Assembly (NCBI RefSeq): GCF_006345805.1
Contig: NC_043004.1
Location: 53,878,001-53,942,000 of the forward strand
Direction of reading: 5' to 3'
Source of the DNA: Octopus sinensis
Taxonomy: Eukaryota
DNA length: 64,000 nucleotides
The notes beneath the pieces are model-generated. The model saw only the letters and a program-made list of their open reading frames with translations. It was not told the origin of the DNA and made no database searches. A program made the position numbers and the translations under genes. This document shows positions 1 to 12,479 of this stretch, in pieces (the stretch's first letter is position 1; the number at the start of each line of letters is the position of its first letter).

Positions 1-250
1 ATGTATGTATATGTATGTATGTATATGTATGTATGTATGCATGTATGTATGTATATAGATACATCTATCTATACATATATATTTGTATGTATATATACAG
101 GGTTGTGAATATGTATGTATATATGTGTGTATATATGCGTGTATGTATGTATGTGTGTATATATGCGTGTATGCATGCATGTATGTATGTATGTATGTAT
201 GTATGTATGTATGTATGTATGTATGTATGTATGTATGCATGTATGTATGC
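1..250. repeat. (TATG)n compound microsatellite
   Basis: Direct reading; explains the MYVC-type ORFs. Confidence 0.95.
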
Positions 251-324
251 TTGTTAATAATGCGTTATATAGTGGCGAAAAGCAGCGAGAGTGTTTTTCA
301 GTTAAGAATGTGTAGAGTACATCT

Positions 325-672
325 CTGACTGATCTTTGTCAACGATAAGGATCCAGTTTTTCAATCAACCGAATAATGTGCTCCTTAATTAACGTGTAAA
401 TGGCTGAGTATTCCGCAGATACGTGTACGTAGAGCTTAGTTATCAGACAGATTCAGCATGACGCGCAGTGTACAATATGACTCCAGTTACAGTTACAGTT
501 CACTTGGTAGGCTTTTTCAATATAGGTTCTGTTTACCCAGTACCACTCGCAATGTATTGGCTGACTGGATAATCAGAAAAAAAGTAATTTCTATAAAATG
601 GTCTTTCTAATCGAATCCGGCACCTCATATATGCGAAGTGAATTTCTTAACCACTTGACCACGCTACACTTA
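325..672 (-). mobile_element. Old, decayed tRNA-derived SINE (same 3' tail type as 699-1086)
   Basis: Reverse complement resembles the tail gtcacgctgaat...ctcagccacttacacgttaatt; tRNA-like head remnant near 610-670. Confidence 0.5.
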
Positions 673-698
673 CACTGTAGAGTATAAATTATGTATTA

Positions 699-1086
699 GT
701 GGAGGCGCAATGGCCCAGTGGTTAGGGCAGCGGACTTGCGATTATAGGATCGCGGTTTCGGTTCCCAGACCGGGCGTTGTGAGTGTTTATTGAGCGAAAA
801 CACCTAAAGCTCCACGAGCCACCAGCAGGGGATGGTGGTGATCCCTGCTGTACTCTTTCACCACAACTTTCTCTCACTCTTACTTCCTGTTTCTGTTGTA
901 CCTGTATTTGAAAGGGCCGGCCTTGTCACTCTCTGTGTCACGCTGAATATCCCCGAGAACTACGTTAAGGGTACACGTGTCTGTGGAGTGCTCAGCCACT
1001 TACACGTTAATTTTACGAGCAGGCTGTTCCGTTGATTCGGATCAACCGGAACCCTCGTCGTCGTAACCGACGGAGTGCTTCCATCC
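699..1086 (+). mobile_element. tRNA-derived SINE, family A (head A + tail A), full length
   Basis: A-box/B-box-like head (tggcccagtggttagg...ggtttcggttccc); perfect 20-bp TSD agagtataaattatgtatta at 679-698 and 1087-1106; near-identical copy at 9675-10051. Confidence 0.92.
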
Positions 1087-1274
1087 AGAGTATAAATTAT
1101 GTATTAAGTTATTTTGAAGATGCGAATCTATGCCGAGACCTTGTATATCCTCTTCCCAAGATATGGCTACGTTCCAAGTGAAACAAGACTTAGTAAAAAC
1201 ATTTCTTTCTTTATTTCACAATAAAGCACCCGGGATTTCTCAATAAATTGGTTGCGCACATCGTTAAAAGCACT

Positions 1275-1512
1275 AAGGCTGGGAGCTGGTGGGATCGTTA
1301 CCGCGCCAGATAATATGCTTCGCTTTACGTTCTGATTTCAAATGCTCAGCTCTATGTTCTGAGTTCAAACTACGCCGCTGTCGACTTTGGCTTTCATCCT
1401 TTATGAGGTCTATGAACAAGTACCAGTTGAACACTGGTATCGATATATTCGACTAGACTTTTCCCTCAACAACTAAGGCCTTGTCATTAGAGTAGAAACG
1501 AATATTAAAAAC
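1275..1512 (+). mobile_element. Decayed SINE with Nin/Deu-like central domain
   Basis: gttctgagttcaaa...gtcgactttggctttcatcctt...aagtaccagtt matches better copies at 11147 and 37883. Confidence 0.6.
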
Positions 1513-1879
1513 TTCACACTGAATGATTAGTGCGGCTCGTGTAATAGTTCAACTCAATATTACTATTCTTCCTTGAAAGTATTCGAGTTTCTAGAGAGTT
1601 GTTAAGGAGTCTTCGTGTTCCTGCATAATATTTTCATTCCCCACCTGTGTACTGCGTAAAAAAGGTAATTACTATCTGAAATACGCCTGCTTTTCATTGT
1701 AAGCGTTTAATGAATAAAATCTGGGTTAATCATCTCCTTGTGTGTGTGTGTGTGTGTGTCTATGTGTTTGTCCAAACTTGCATATGCACATATTGGTCAA
1801 ACAATATATGTGTTTTGCTTAAACTCTTAATACCAGCGGAATCTTGTCCTCGAAATTCACTCGAAAGACGTGCGGTATT

Positions 1880-2201
1880 AAAAAACCACTGATTATGAAA
1901 CGATGTTACATCCACCACATAGCCCTGATTTTGCACCATTAGATTACCGTTTATTTCGAAATAATTTGAATGATAAAACTTTCAATAACGGTGATGACCT
2001 GAAATCGCAGTTGCTTCAGTTTTGGGTTGATAAGGACGATATGTTCTATGAGTCAGGAATCATGAATTTGCCAGAAAGATGGAAACATGTTATGGAACAA
2101 AATGGAGAATATATAATTGGTTAAAATCATTCTTTGTATGATTACAAAATGACTTGTATTTCACGCTAAAACAACGAGATTACTTTCTTGCTAACCCAAT
2201 A
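1880..2201 (+). mobile_element. Mariner transposon 3' remnant
   Basis: LHPPHSPDFAPLDYRLF = mariner YSPDLAPSD motif region; C-terminal GI..LPERW..V.EQNGEYI; TIR attactttcttgctaacccaata at 2179-2201. Confidence 0.9.
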
Positions 2202-2540
2202 CTAAAGAAAAATGCCTTTATATTGGCAGCTGGTATATGACCACCTTTATAGATAATATTAATATAGATAGGAAATTACTTTCCATATGCAATTTCTAAA
2301 AGACTTTCTGCGAATATGTTTTTAGTATATGTTTAGTAGTGAGAGCTCTATACTTTCGTAAGCTTTTCGTATGCTTTCGTAGGCTTGAATAAATTTACTC
2401 CCTAGTATCTCAAGATAATTTTATGTAACTTTGGTAAATATGTATCTGTTAAAATCGAATATACGTGTTATTTTCATTTTTGCGTAATTTAGACGACAAT
2501 TTATTCATCGCACCCTGTGTATGTGTGTGCATACATACAC

Positions 2541-2617
<77 letters not shown>

Positions 2618-3516
2618 AATTTATACTCATATAAATGTTTATTATGATTATGCTATATCTATTTCTCTATCTATCTTTCTATCTATCTATCTATGCATAT
2701 ATATATGTATATATTTATCTGCACACACACACATATATGGGGGTGGACGTGTGCGTGTTCTAGCGCACATGTGAGTCAGTGTGAGCGCGTTTTTTGAGAG
2801 GTTTGGCATGAATCAGAAGTCAGATGCAATGGAACGATTTCATGACAGTACACTCTAAATCATGAGAACATCAAGCTTTTGATTTCTTAATCACCCAGTT
2901 AAGCACCACATCATATTGTATACACCAAAAACATACACATAGTGAAGCATATCAGAAATATCTTTTTTTATTCTTTTAAGAGCTTATTTTGATATGGCAG
3001 CTAACGCTAGTTATTATTATCTCTATCAGCATGAATATGAAGTGTAAATGATCTCCAGGAAACCGTGTTTTTTTTTATTTCGTAAAGCATTACGTTCAGC
3101 TTGATCGTAGACATTCTGATAGAAAAGGTAGCGGGATGTTCCTTTCATTAGGAACACGTTAGGAAATAAATAGATTAAAAATGTTTGATGAAAGATATCA
3201 TACACACATAGTGTGTTGTATTAAATCGGTCTTTATTGGAAACGAGAAAGATGGGATATTTGATACAGTGGAATTAGAATGGTGTATATCGTGTTGTTAT
3301 TACTTGTATCGATCATGCTGTACGGAGAGATAGGTTTGATGAAGTATGTATTTATAGAGTGAGAAGAAAACATATATGCATCATATTCACATGCATATAT
3401 ACTTGGTGCACTTGAGAGTATAAATATAGATAGATACACATACAGATATATAGCTATATATATATAATATATATATATATATATACGCGAGAAAGAAGCA
3501 ACAAGAATGGATAGGT

Positions 3517-3605
3517 TTTTAGTACGATCGTTTCATACAAGGACAGGTTTTATTAAAAGTTGCAAAGATTACAGCATAAACGAGTCCCGTACTCATCAGC
3601 TAAAA
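3517..3605 (-). ncRNA. Type I hammerhead ribozyme with extended helix II
   Basis: Minus strand: ttttag-CTGATGA-gtacgggac...gtccttgtat-GAAAC-gatc-GTA-ctaaaa; helix I 6 bp, palindromic helix III ACGATCGT, GUA triplet. Confidence 0.8.
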
Positions 3606-3829
3606 TACATGTAAGTTCTCTAGACATCCTAGTGTTTGAGGCTATACTCATGAAGTAATGTAGATAATTAAACAATTTCCTAAGTTCATTAAAGTTTTTT
3701 TAAAATTCTGTGATAAGACTGTACATCATCTTTAAAGAACTTTAATGAACTTTAGAAATCTGTTTAATTATCTACATTACTTCATGAGTATAGCCTCAAA
3801 CACTAGGATGTCTAGAGAACTTACATGTA

Positions 3830-3919
3830 TTTTGCTGATGAGTACGGGACTCGTTTATATGCTGTAATCTTTGCAACTTTTAATAAAACCTGTCCTTGTA
3901 TGAAACGATCGTACTAAAA
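3830..3919 (+). ncRNA. Type I hammerhead ribozyme, second arm (1-nt deletion in helix I)
   Basis: ttttg-CTGATGA(3835-3841)-helix II-GAAAC(3902-3906)-gatc-GTA(3911-3913)-ctaaaa. Confidence 0.72.
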
Positions 3920-4066
3920 CCTATCCATTCTTGTTGCTTCTTTCTCGCTATAATCACCCCACATTACTGTATTGTTAAATCAGTATAGTTTTTTTTGGTG
4001 CATCTAAGTTAGGTACCATATTCAAGTAAATTTTTTTTAAAATTAACTTGAATCTTTATTGCTCTT

Positions 4067-4122
<56 letters not shown>

Positions 4123-4383
4123 CATATACATAATTCATATATGAATAGTGTATAATATACGTATTTATTTATATATATGTGCATGTGTGTGTGTGTGTTT
4201 ATATGTACGTATACGCACATGAATTTTCATATCATCAAACTTTGTACTGCAACGAAACGCTTGAATTGATGTTGCTATGTACATAGTAATTTTGTCAATC
4301 AGCAATATTCAATCAAAGCGCGCAAAAGGAGCCTGTGCTTTCATAAACACGTGATAAGAACAGTTAAAATATCTTTCTTTCCT

Positions 4384-4426
<43 letters not shown>

Positions 4427-4509
4427 GTCTACCTATCTATCTGTCAGTCTGTCTATTTATCTATGTATCTATTTATATGTATCTTCGTATGTTTATGTAT
4501 ATATATATA

Positions 4510-5611
4510 ACCTTAAAATAGAAACGGACATTTTTTACAAAGCCACAGACGCCAAACAAAATACCAGGAACTTTAGACACCCTAATTGACAGACTTTACC
4601 CAACTCAACTCATAGAGGATGGGATCAGACGTGCAACAGAAATCAACATAGAAACTTTAAGAAAAGTTCAACACAACAACACACCTTCCCCGAAAATACT
4701 ACCTTACATATCTACATACAAACCCAGAAACAAAAAGCCTTCACCATCATCACCCAGAATTTACCAATACTTCATAAGGACCCCCAATTAAAGGAAATTC
4801 TAAACATACACCAATCATTAAAAGCTACAAACAACCCAAATCACTTAAAAGATTCTCACAAAGGCAAAATTGTCTTCTGAAATTACGGATGCAAAAGTAA
4901 AAAAATGTGGTAGATCGAACTGTGCAACATGTCCAAACCTGCTAGAAGGATCAGAATTCCTCTTTAAAGAGGGACAGAAATTCAAGATCAAATCTAACTT
5001 TACTTGTGCCTCTGAAAGCATAAGTTATGTCATAAAATGCTCGGGCTGCCACCAAGACTACGTGGGTTCCATGGGACTATCACTCAGACGTAGATGCACA
5101 CTGCATCGACAACAGATTGCATTCCCAGAATACAGAATGATACCTTTTACTGAGCACATTGAGAAATGTGCAAAGCAACTACTACCACAATTTTTAATCT
5201 TTCCATTTTACCAATGTGCTATCGGATCATCAACACAAATTAGACTAAACAAGGAAACATTCTTCATTGAAAAGTACAAGCCCAGACTTAACCATCCCAA
5301 CATACTGATACAGAGAAATTCACACCAAGGGAAAGGAAAAAAAAATTAAGCGATTATCTCCCTTACACCGGAAGAAATCACTCATTACCTCCCCTTATTT
5401 AGAACTCTTTTGAACATGAACATAACGATAACTCTATTCAACATAAACATAACGTCGTAAGAAATTTTAAAAGCTAAATGCGAAACCGGTCTTTCTTCAA
5501 AACTATGTCATTATAAGAGAATTTTTTTTTAATATTCTTCAGACATATTGACGCAAATATATATTTTTTAACATTTAAGCCTTCTGTAGTTTTTCACTTT
5601 TTACTATTTTC
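4510..5611 (+). mobile_element. 5'-truncated Penelope-like element (RT thumb + GIY-YIG endonuclease), frameshifted
   Basis: ETDIFYKATD thumb motif near 4525; ORF 4870-5349 has CGRSNCATC, SYVIKCSGC..YVG, HRQQI, FFIEKYKPRLN typical of PLE GIY-YIG; both ends in (TA)n. Confidence 0.9.
5459..5497 (+). ncRNA. Possible relic hammerhead in the Penelope 3' region
   Basis: aagaaa/tttctt helix I, gc-taaat-gc helix II, GAAAC-cg-GTC; core reads ttttaaaa, not CUGANGA. Confidence 0.3.
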
Positions 5612-5669
5612 TATATATATATATATATATACATTATATATATATATTATATATATATATATATATATA

Positions 5670-5712
<43 letters not shown>

Positions 5713-5799
5713 AATGCATGAATGCCTATCTAAATATTTATCATATATCCACCTATTTATCCCTCTATTTATATGTGCATTTACATAAGAATCTGTCTC

Positions 5800-5803
5800 T
5801 TTA

Positions 5804-5891
<88 letters not shown>

Positions 5892-6106
5892 CATCTATCT
5901 ACCTACCTATCTATCTACCTATCTATCTATCTATCTTTTTAACCCCCCTTATTTTTGTCCTCTTTCTCTCCTTTTACGATCCCTTTTGATCGAACCTCCC
6001 CTTTCCTTTTTTTTTTTTTTTTTTTTTTTTAATACCTTCAAAAGAAAAGCTCTACCTTGTATTTGTTCTATCTGTGTGCACTGTGTGGCTAATAAAGAAA
6101 CTATCT

Positions 6107-6156
<50 letters not shown>

Positions 6157-6207
6157 CATCTATCTATCTATCTATCTATCCATCTATCTACCTACCTATC
6201 TATCTAC

Positions 6208-6279
<72 letters not shown>

Positions 6280-6280
6280 A
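5800..6280. repeat. (TATC)n array interrupted by a LINE 3' end
   Basis: Direct reading. Confidence 0.95.
5935..6100 (+). mobile_element. Severely 5'-truncated L1/Tx1 copy (3' UTR only)
   Basis: Closely matches 16760-16917, ending ctgtgtggctAATAAAgaaa; flanked by (TATC)n on both sides. Confidence 0.9.
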
Positions 6281-7219
6281 TGTCTGTCTATTTATATTTA
6301 GCTATGTGTATAACTTTTGACGATTAATGTTCGATATAGAATATTTTTCTCGCATTTTCATATATCATAATTTCGTCTCTTCCAGCTTAGTTTACTATAC
6401 TTTAAAATGACATGCAATATTTTTGTGGGATTACAAATGTGTTGTCTGTTTTACAGTGTATTCTTTAAATTGAATTATATCCATTACCTCGAAATACCAT
6501 GAGTGAGAGAGCGCGATTTCGTTATAATATGATAGCTCCATATATAAAATATAGCTCACTTCCTAAGGCAACTGGAATGAGATACATTCTTTTGCGTCAT
6601 TGTCACCGACAACATATCGTTTGACAATAAATTACTTCGAACCAGTGCATAATCAACCGGAAGTTATGGGTGTCGATAAGTTCGAATTGGCCTTAAATCA
6701 ATCTCATGATGAAACGATTTATATAACTACCCCAATGTTATCCGAAATATGTTAAATTTAGTCAAATTAATTGAGCACCTCGAGCCATGGGAACTAGATA
6801 TTGTTTTACCGAGTCACACCAGCAATATGGGTTCAGCAACCTTACAAGATGTCAATTTGCTATATCTAAACAAAAGGAAATAAAATATAATTTCTATTAC
6901 ACAAGTGCATCACAAACAAGTATAACAAAAGTGAAATACATAAATCCCTAAATCATGTAGTTAAAAATATCCAACGTTTGTATATTCAAGCATCTCACTA
7001 GTGCAGAATATTACCAATTTACGTGTAGAGTACACGTTAAGAAAGCTGTAGCATCCGAGGAAGCATTACTTTGTCACTACAACTTTTGACAATTTCTTCT
7101 GTTTCGAAACGCTACAATGAACATTTCCGTGTTCACATAGACAACTTTCAGGGAGCAGCTATTTCAAAATTGTCATACCCCATACACACTAAAAAAAGAA
7201 TTCACTAATATAGGACAAT

Positions 7220-7531
7220 GTGGATGCGCATTGTCCCAATGGTTAGGGCAGCGGACTCGCGGTAGGAGGATCGCGGTTTCGATTCTCAAACCAGGCGTTG
7301 TGTGTGTTTATTGAGCGAAAATACCTAAAAGCTCCACGAGGCTCCGGCAGGGCTGCGGGGTGGCGACCTCTGTTGTACTCTTTCACCACAACTTTCTCTC
7401 ACTCTCTCTTCCTGTTTCTTTATTAACGCTGCGATGGACTGGCGTTCCGTCCAGCTGGGGGGAACACATACGCCACAGAAACCAGGAAACCGGGCCCATG
7501 AGCCTGCTTAGGCTTGAAAAGGGCGAGAAAA
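7220..7531 (+). mobile_element. Hybrid SINE: head/body A + tail B (Meta/V-domain-like)
   Basis: 7220-7420 matches 699-890; tail gctgcgatggactggcgttccgtccagctgggg...gcttgaaaagggcg matches the tail of 58307-58568; 13-bp TSD aatataggacaat at 7207-7219 and 7532-7544. Confidence 0.88.
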
Positions 7532-8695
7532 AATATAGGACAATAGTGGGATAAATGGAAATACTCTGAAAAGCGTGAAAAACGATTATTATTATTATTA
7601 GTGAAATCAGTGTAAAGGTTTCAATAAAAACAAAGCTATCGCGTGTAAATTACAGGCGTGCTGTATTAAAGCTAAAATCAGGGAAAACATTAACTTAAAC
7701 ACGACAAAAGAAATGTATGCCTCAATATATATACTACCCAAATTCTCATGATCAAAAGCCAACTACGAACTATATTACTAAACATGTGTACTCTATCAAT
7801 TGAAAGAAATATTTACATAATGAATCGGAAGCAATTTCATTGACAGTTTGAAAAATGTATAGTAACACAAATAATACTACAGGTAGAAATACAAATATAA
7901 GAGGTAATCACTTTCCTCATAAGTGATATGTAACTAAACGTATGACAAGAGTCTTCCTAAAATATATAATAATGTATGGTAAGGTATCCTATCGATATCA
8001 CAGTCTTAAACAAAAACGTGTTAAAACAGACAAGGGATGGATGGAGGTAATTGACCAGAAATATATAACTACAACGCAAAATTCATGAATACCAACTTTT
8101 TACGCGATTGTAATTACATAATTACTTGGCCTATGTATAGAAAATGCCTCTTGAAATAAATAGTACACAGAACAATTGTAGTATCAGTAGACTTTAATGA
8201 CTCATAATTTCTTCCCAAAATATACTATAATCGGGACCCAATGGAATCTATAACGTTTCTCGATATTCCTAGCTTGATGAAATTACTTCCAGCGATTCAT
8301 TAATTAGATTCAATCGAATTCAGATGCAATAAATGTGCGGCCGGGCATTTAATGACTACTGTTGCGTCTTCTACATAGAGATAAGATTTGATAAATATGA
8401 AACAACATTTGTGAGGCTCTAATTCGTATAAGTTTCTGGATTTTTTGTACCGTAAATAATTTTACTTTTTGTTTTCTTTCCATATTGTAGTGCTGTGTTT
8501 TATTTTTGTAGCGTTTAATTTAACTGATAATAAGATGACTCTTTAAAAATGACAGAAAACATGTTGACACATTAAACTTAACAGGCAACATGGTTAGCTT
8601 TAAATGTAACTCAGAGCATGTCGAAGTATCAAGCCTAGAAGGTAATATAGCGACTCGTTTATTAAAAGTTTATTTTATCTTTCTTTTAGTCACGA

Positions 8696-8861
8696 AGGAG
8701 TGGCTGTGTGGTAAGTGGATTGTTTACCAACCACATGGTTCCGGATTCAGTCCCACTGCGTGGCACCTAAGGCAAGTGTCTTCTACTATAGCCTCGGGCC
8801 GACCAAAGCCTTGTGAGTGGATTTGGTAGGCGGAATCTGAAAGAAGCCTGCCGTATATATG

Positions 8862-8900
<39 letters not shown>

Positions 8901-8912
8901 ATGTGTGTGTGT

Positions 8913-8958
<46 letters not shown>

Positions 8959-9175
8959 ATGTTTGTGTGTCTGTGTTTGTTCCCCTAGCTTTACAACCGA
9001 TGCTGGTGTGTTTATGTCCCCGTCACTTAGCGGTTCGGCAAAAGAGACCGATAGAATAAGTACTGGGCTTACAAAAGAATAAGTCCCGTTCGAGTTGCTC
9101 GATTAAAGGCGGTGCCCTAGCATGGCCGCAGTCAAATGACTGAAACCAGTAAAAGAGTAACAGAGTAAAAGAGTA
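8696..9175 (+). mobile_element. tRNA-derived SINE, family C, with internal (TA)n(TG)n microsatellite
   Basis: Head ggagtggctgtgtggtaag...ggttccggattcagtccc; CORE-like ggcaagtgtcttcta; (aaaagagt)-type tail; related copies at 20115, 21525, 37330, 39189. Confidence 0.88.
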
Positions 9176-9674
9176 TTCGTTCAGAATGTTTTCAATTGTT
9201 AATTTGGAAAGATCGCTTGATATAAACTTAAGGATTTCTCTCATAGATACAAAACAAAAGACTAATCAGAGATATATTTTAAACAAATGAGATTTCATGA
9301 TATTCATGCCATGTTTTATGGCATTAGAAAAATGTAATGAACGTGAAATAAAATTCAAATTTTGAGCATTATTATTTAAAGCAACATCTTAATTAACATC
9401 AAACCTTAGACGTGTAAAAAGGAGATTTGCAATTGCAATCTTCCATTTCTTCACTCGCATTCCTTCATGACTAAAAGAAAGATAAGTTATTCGAATTGGA
9501 AGTGAGAATTCAAAACGCCACTCTCGAAATATAAGCTTACATTGAAAATGCATAGAGAACTGATATCAAGAATAATGATAACACAAGCTTGAAGCTAGGC
9601 ACAATTATAGACATAAACACACAAACACATTTATATGTGTGTATATGAGTACGTGTGCGTTTATATATAGAGAT

Positions 9675-10051
9675 TCTTAGCACTCCGTCGGTTACGACGA
9701 TGAGGGTTCCGGTTGATCCGAATCAACGGAACAGCCTGCTCGTGAAATTAACGTGTAAGTGGCTGAGCACTCCACAGACACGTGCACCCTTAACGTAGTT
9801 CTCGGGGATATTCAGCGTGACACAGAGAGTGACAAGGCTTGAAATACAGGTACAACAGAAACAGGAAGTAAGAGTGAGAGAAAGTTGTGGTGAAAGAGTA
9901 CAGCAGGGATCACCACCACCCCCTGCCGGAGCCTCGTGGAGCTTTTCGGTGTTTTTGCTCAATAAACACACACAACGCCCGGTCTGGGAATCGAAACCGC
10001 GATCCTATGACCGCGAGTCCGCTGCCCTAACCACTGGGCCATTGCGCCTCC
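9675..10051 (-). mobile_element. tRNA-derived SINE, family A
   Basis: Reverse complement of 699-1086 with a small deletion; 12-bp TSD atatatagagat at 9663-9674 and 10052-10063. Confidence 0.92.
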
Positions 10052-10319
10052 ATATATAGAGATAGAAAGGTAGTGTCAAGAGAAAGATTATTGAACAAAT
10101 TCTAATTCAGGTACAGCACCGACATTCTGGATTTTGCTGGTCCGGGATCTCTTATGGTCCATGCACATTTACGAGTATGATCTTAAAATTTCCGCGGCCA
10201 CCAAACTGGTTACTGATCTATTGTACGAACTAGTGTCTTGCACAGTACAGTATTAATAAAGTTTTGCCAGTCATAATAACGTATTTTATTTATGAGAGTT
10301 TAATATCTATTCTGTCCAT

Positions 10320-10575
10320 GAGCAAGACGGTTTATTTCACGTTGCTCTGTTCCACTCCCCAAGCAATAATGAGTAGTAAATGTATTTCAAAAGGCCAGCC
10401 TTGCCACATTCTCTATTTCGCCGAATCTCCCTGGGAAATGCATTAAGATTACGCGTGTTTATGGAGTACAGTCACTTGCACGTTAATTTCATGAGAACAG
10501 TCACATGCACGTTAATTTCCTGTATTAATCATACCAACAGGAACACTCGTCGTCGGAACCGACGGAGTGCCAGCT
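10320..10575 (+). mobile_element. Decayed SINE: CORE-like body + tail A
   Basis: gagcaagacggtttatttcacgttgctc (CORE-like, as in 58307-58568) followed by cacttgcacgttaatttc...cgtcgtcggaaccgacggagtgcc (tail A). Confidence 0.6.
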
Positions 10576-10864
10576 GATATATATATTTTATTTAGAGTGA
10601 TGACTCATAGATTTATTCCTGGTCAGGAAAAATCAGTAATCCGGAAATGCTTTGGAACTAAATTTTCTTGAAAATCGATATTGCACGTGTAATTAGCTGA
10701 ACTACTAGAGCCAGTTCAATACACCATCTCTACATCCTGTCCCAAAATATCACTTTAGGACGGGATGTAGAGATGATGTATGATACTCGACGTGATTTGG
10801 ACTCAGACCGTAGAAAATCGGTGCCGAAGTTCCTCTTTGCTATAGGAACACGGCTGAATTTTGG

Positions 10865-11010
10865 TGGGAGATGCTAGTCGATTACATCGACACCAGTGCT
10901 TTTAGTACTTTTTTTTCTCGACCTCGAAAGGATGATAGGTTAAGCCGACCTCGGCAGAATATGAACTCAGAACTTAAAGACAAGCATTTTGTCCAACGTG
11001 TTAACGGTTC
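10865..11010 (-). mobile_element. Partial Nin/Deu-type SINE
   Basis: gtcgattacatcgacaccagtg...cgaaaggatga...cgacctcggc...tgaactcagaac matches 11147-11373. Confidence 0.65.
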
Positions 11011-11146
11011 TGTCTTAGTTGGAGCAAATATTGGAATTCATTGTATCCGATGCTCAAATGATACCAACTCCTTGTATAATTTTCATAGTTGTATGGTATC
11101 TTAGCTATCGTTATCAGCCCACTGTAGGACAATTATTATACCTATT

Positions 11147-11373
11147 TCTTTACTACCCACAAGGGGCTAAACACAGACGGGACGAACAAAGACAGACAGC
11201 CGGATTAAGTCGATTATATCAATCCCAGTGCATAACTGGTACTTAATTTATCGACCCCGAAAGGGTGAAAGGCAAAGTCGACCTCGGCGGAATTTGAACT
11301 CAGAACGTAACGGCAGACGAAATACGGCTACGCATTTCGCCCGGCGTGCTAACGATTCTGCCAGCTCGCCGCT
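11147..11373 (-). mobile_element. tRNA-derived SINE with Nin/Deu-like domain, full length
   Basis: Minus strand gcggcgagctggcagaatcgttagc...gtcgactttgcctttcaccctttcggggtcgataaattaagtaccag; direct repeat ttattatacctatt at 11133-11146 and 11374-11387. Confidence 0.9.
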
Positions 11374-11859
11374 TTATTATACCTATTCTCATATCAATTG
11401 CACCACGCTAAAAATCAAATGATAACATAAAATTGTGGATTATTGAAAATCAGCGCTATTGTAAGCGATACGATATAGCTATTATTGATATAGGATTCCT
11501 GCATCATAATATGGCATGGAGGGGGAACACTATGAAATTACAGTAGAAGATAAGATCTAATAAGCTTAACACTACATTTTCGATGTGATATGGGACACCA
11601 GATTCATGTGTCTTTAATTTTATATAATACGGATCATTATTGATCAGATTATAGATTTTGTGTCCAAAACTTGACATCAAACTTTTAATCGATTTCTTTA
11701 TTGATGGTGTCATTTTTTTATTGCAATTCATAGGCATATTCATAGGCAATTCAAAGTGCGCATATGCTACCAATCCCCACACTTAATGACAGAAACACAC
11801 ACAGATCTCCGGTGATAGAAAATGTATACCGATTTATATTGGAATACAAAGACACACAC

Positions 11860-11892
11860 ACGCACACATACGTACAGACACGTATATATTAA

Positions 11893-11932
<40 letters not shown>

Positions 11933-11959
11933 TATATACATAAACACACACATATATAC

Positions 11960-12029
<70 letters not shown>

Positions 12030-12046
12030 GTTTACACATACATGCA

Positions 12047-12093
<47 letters not shown>

Positions 12094-12134
12094 TATATAT
12101 GCACACATATATACATAAACACACACATATATAC

Positions 12135-12183
<49 letters not shown>

Positions 12184-12224
12184 TATATATATATATATAT
12201 AAATGTTTACACATACATGCATGC

Positions 12225-12255
<31 letters not shown>

Positions 12256-12350
12256 ATATGTATATACACATATATATATGTATATAGATATATAAATGTG
12301 TATATATGTATACATATATATACATGTGTATGTATGTTTTGTCTGTGTAC
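11860..12350. repeat. Compound (TA)n/(CA)n microsatellite with an internal ~175-bp tandem duplication
   Basis: Block atgcacacatatatacataaacacacac...aaatgtttacacatacatgcatgc occurs twice (~11924 and ~12099). Confidence 0.85.
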
Positions 12351-12479
12351 GCGCGCGCATGTTCGTGCTTTTACGGAATAACATATCGGTTCTGACCTTC
12401 GAATCTTTTGCCCAAACTTAGCTATTTGACATTCAGGTCATATTTCATATTTCATTAATCGTACAAGCAATATATATAT

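Larger units (their letters stand above)
3487..3948. mobile_element. Fold-back non-coding element (218-bp inverted arms, 26-bp spacer) with one hammerhead ribozyme per arm; probable PLE pseudo-LTR derivative
   Basis: 3487-3704 is the reverse complement of 3731-3948 with only a few differences; left end abuts (TA)n. Confidence 0.85.

Noticed and set aside
11504-11782. 92-aa ORF in AT-rich DNA
   Set aside because: No recognisable motif; length compatible with chance
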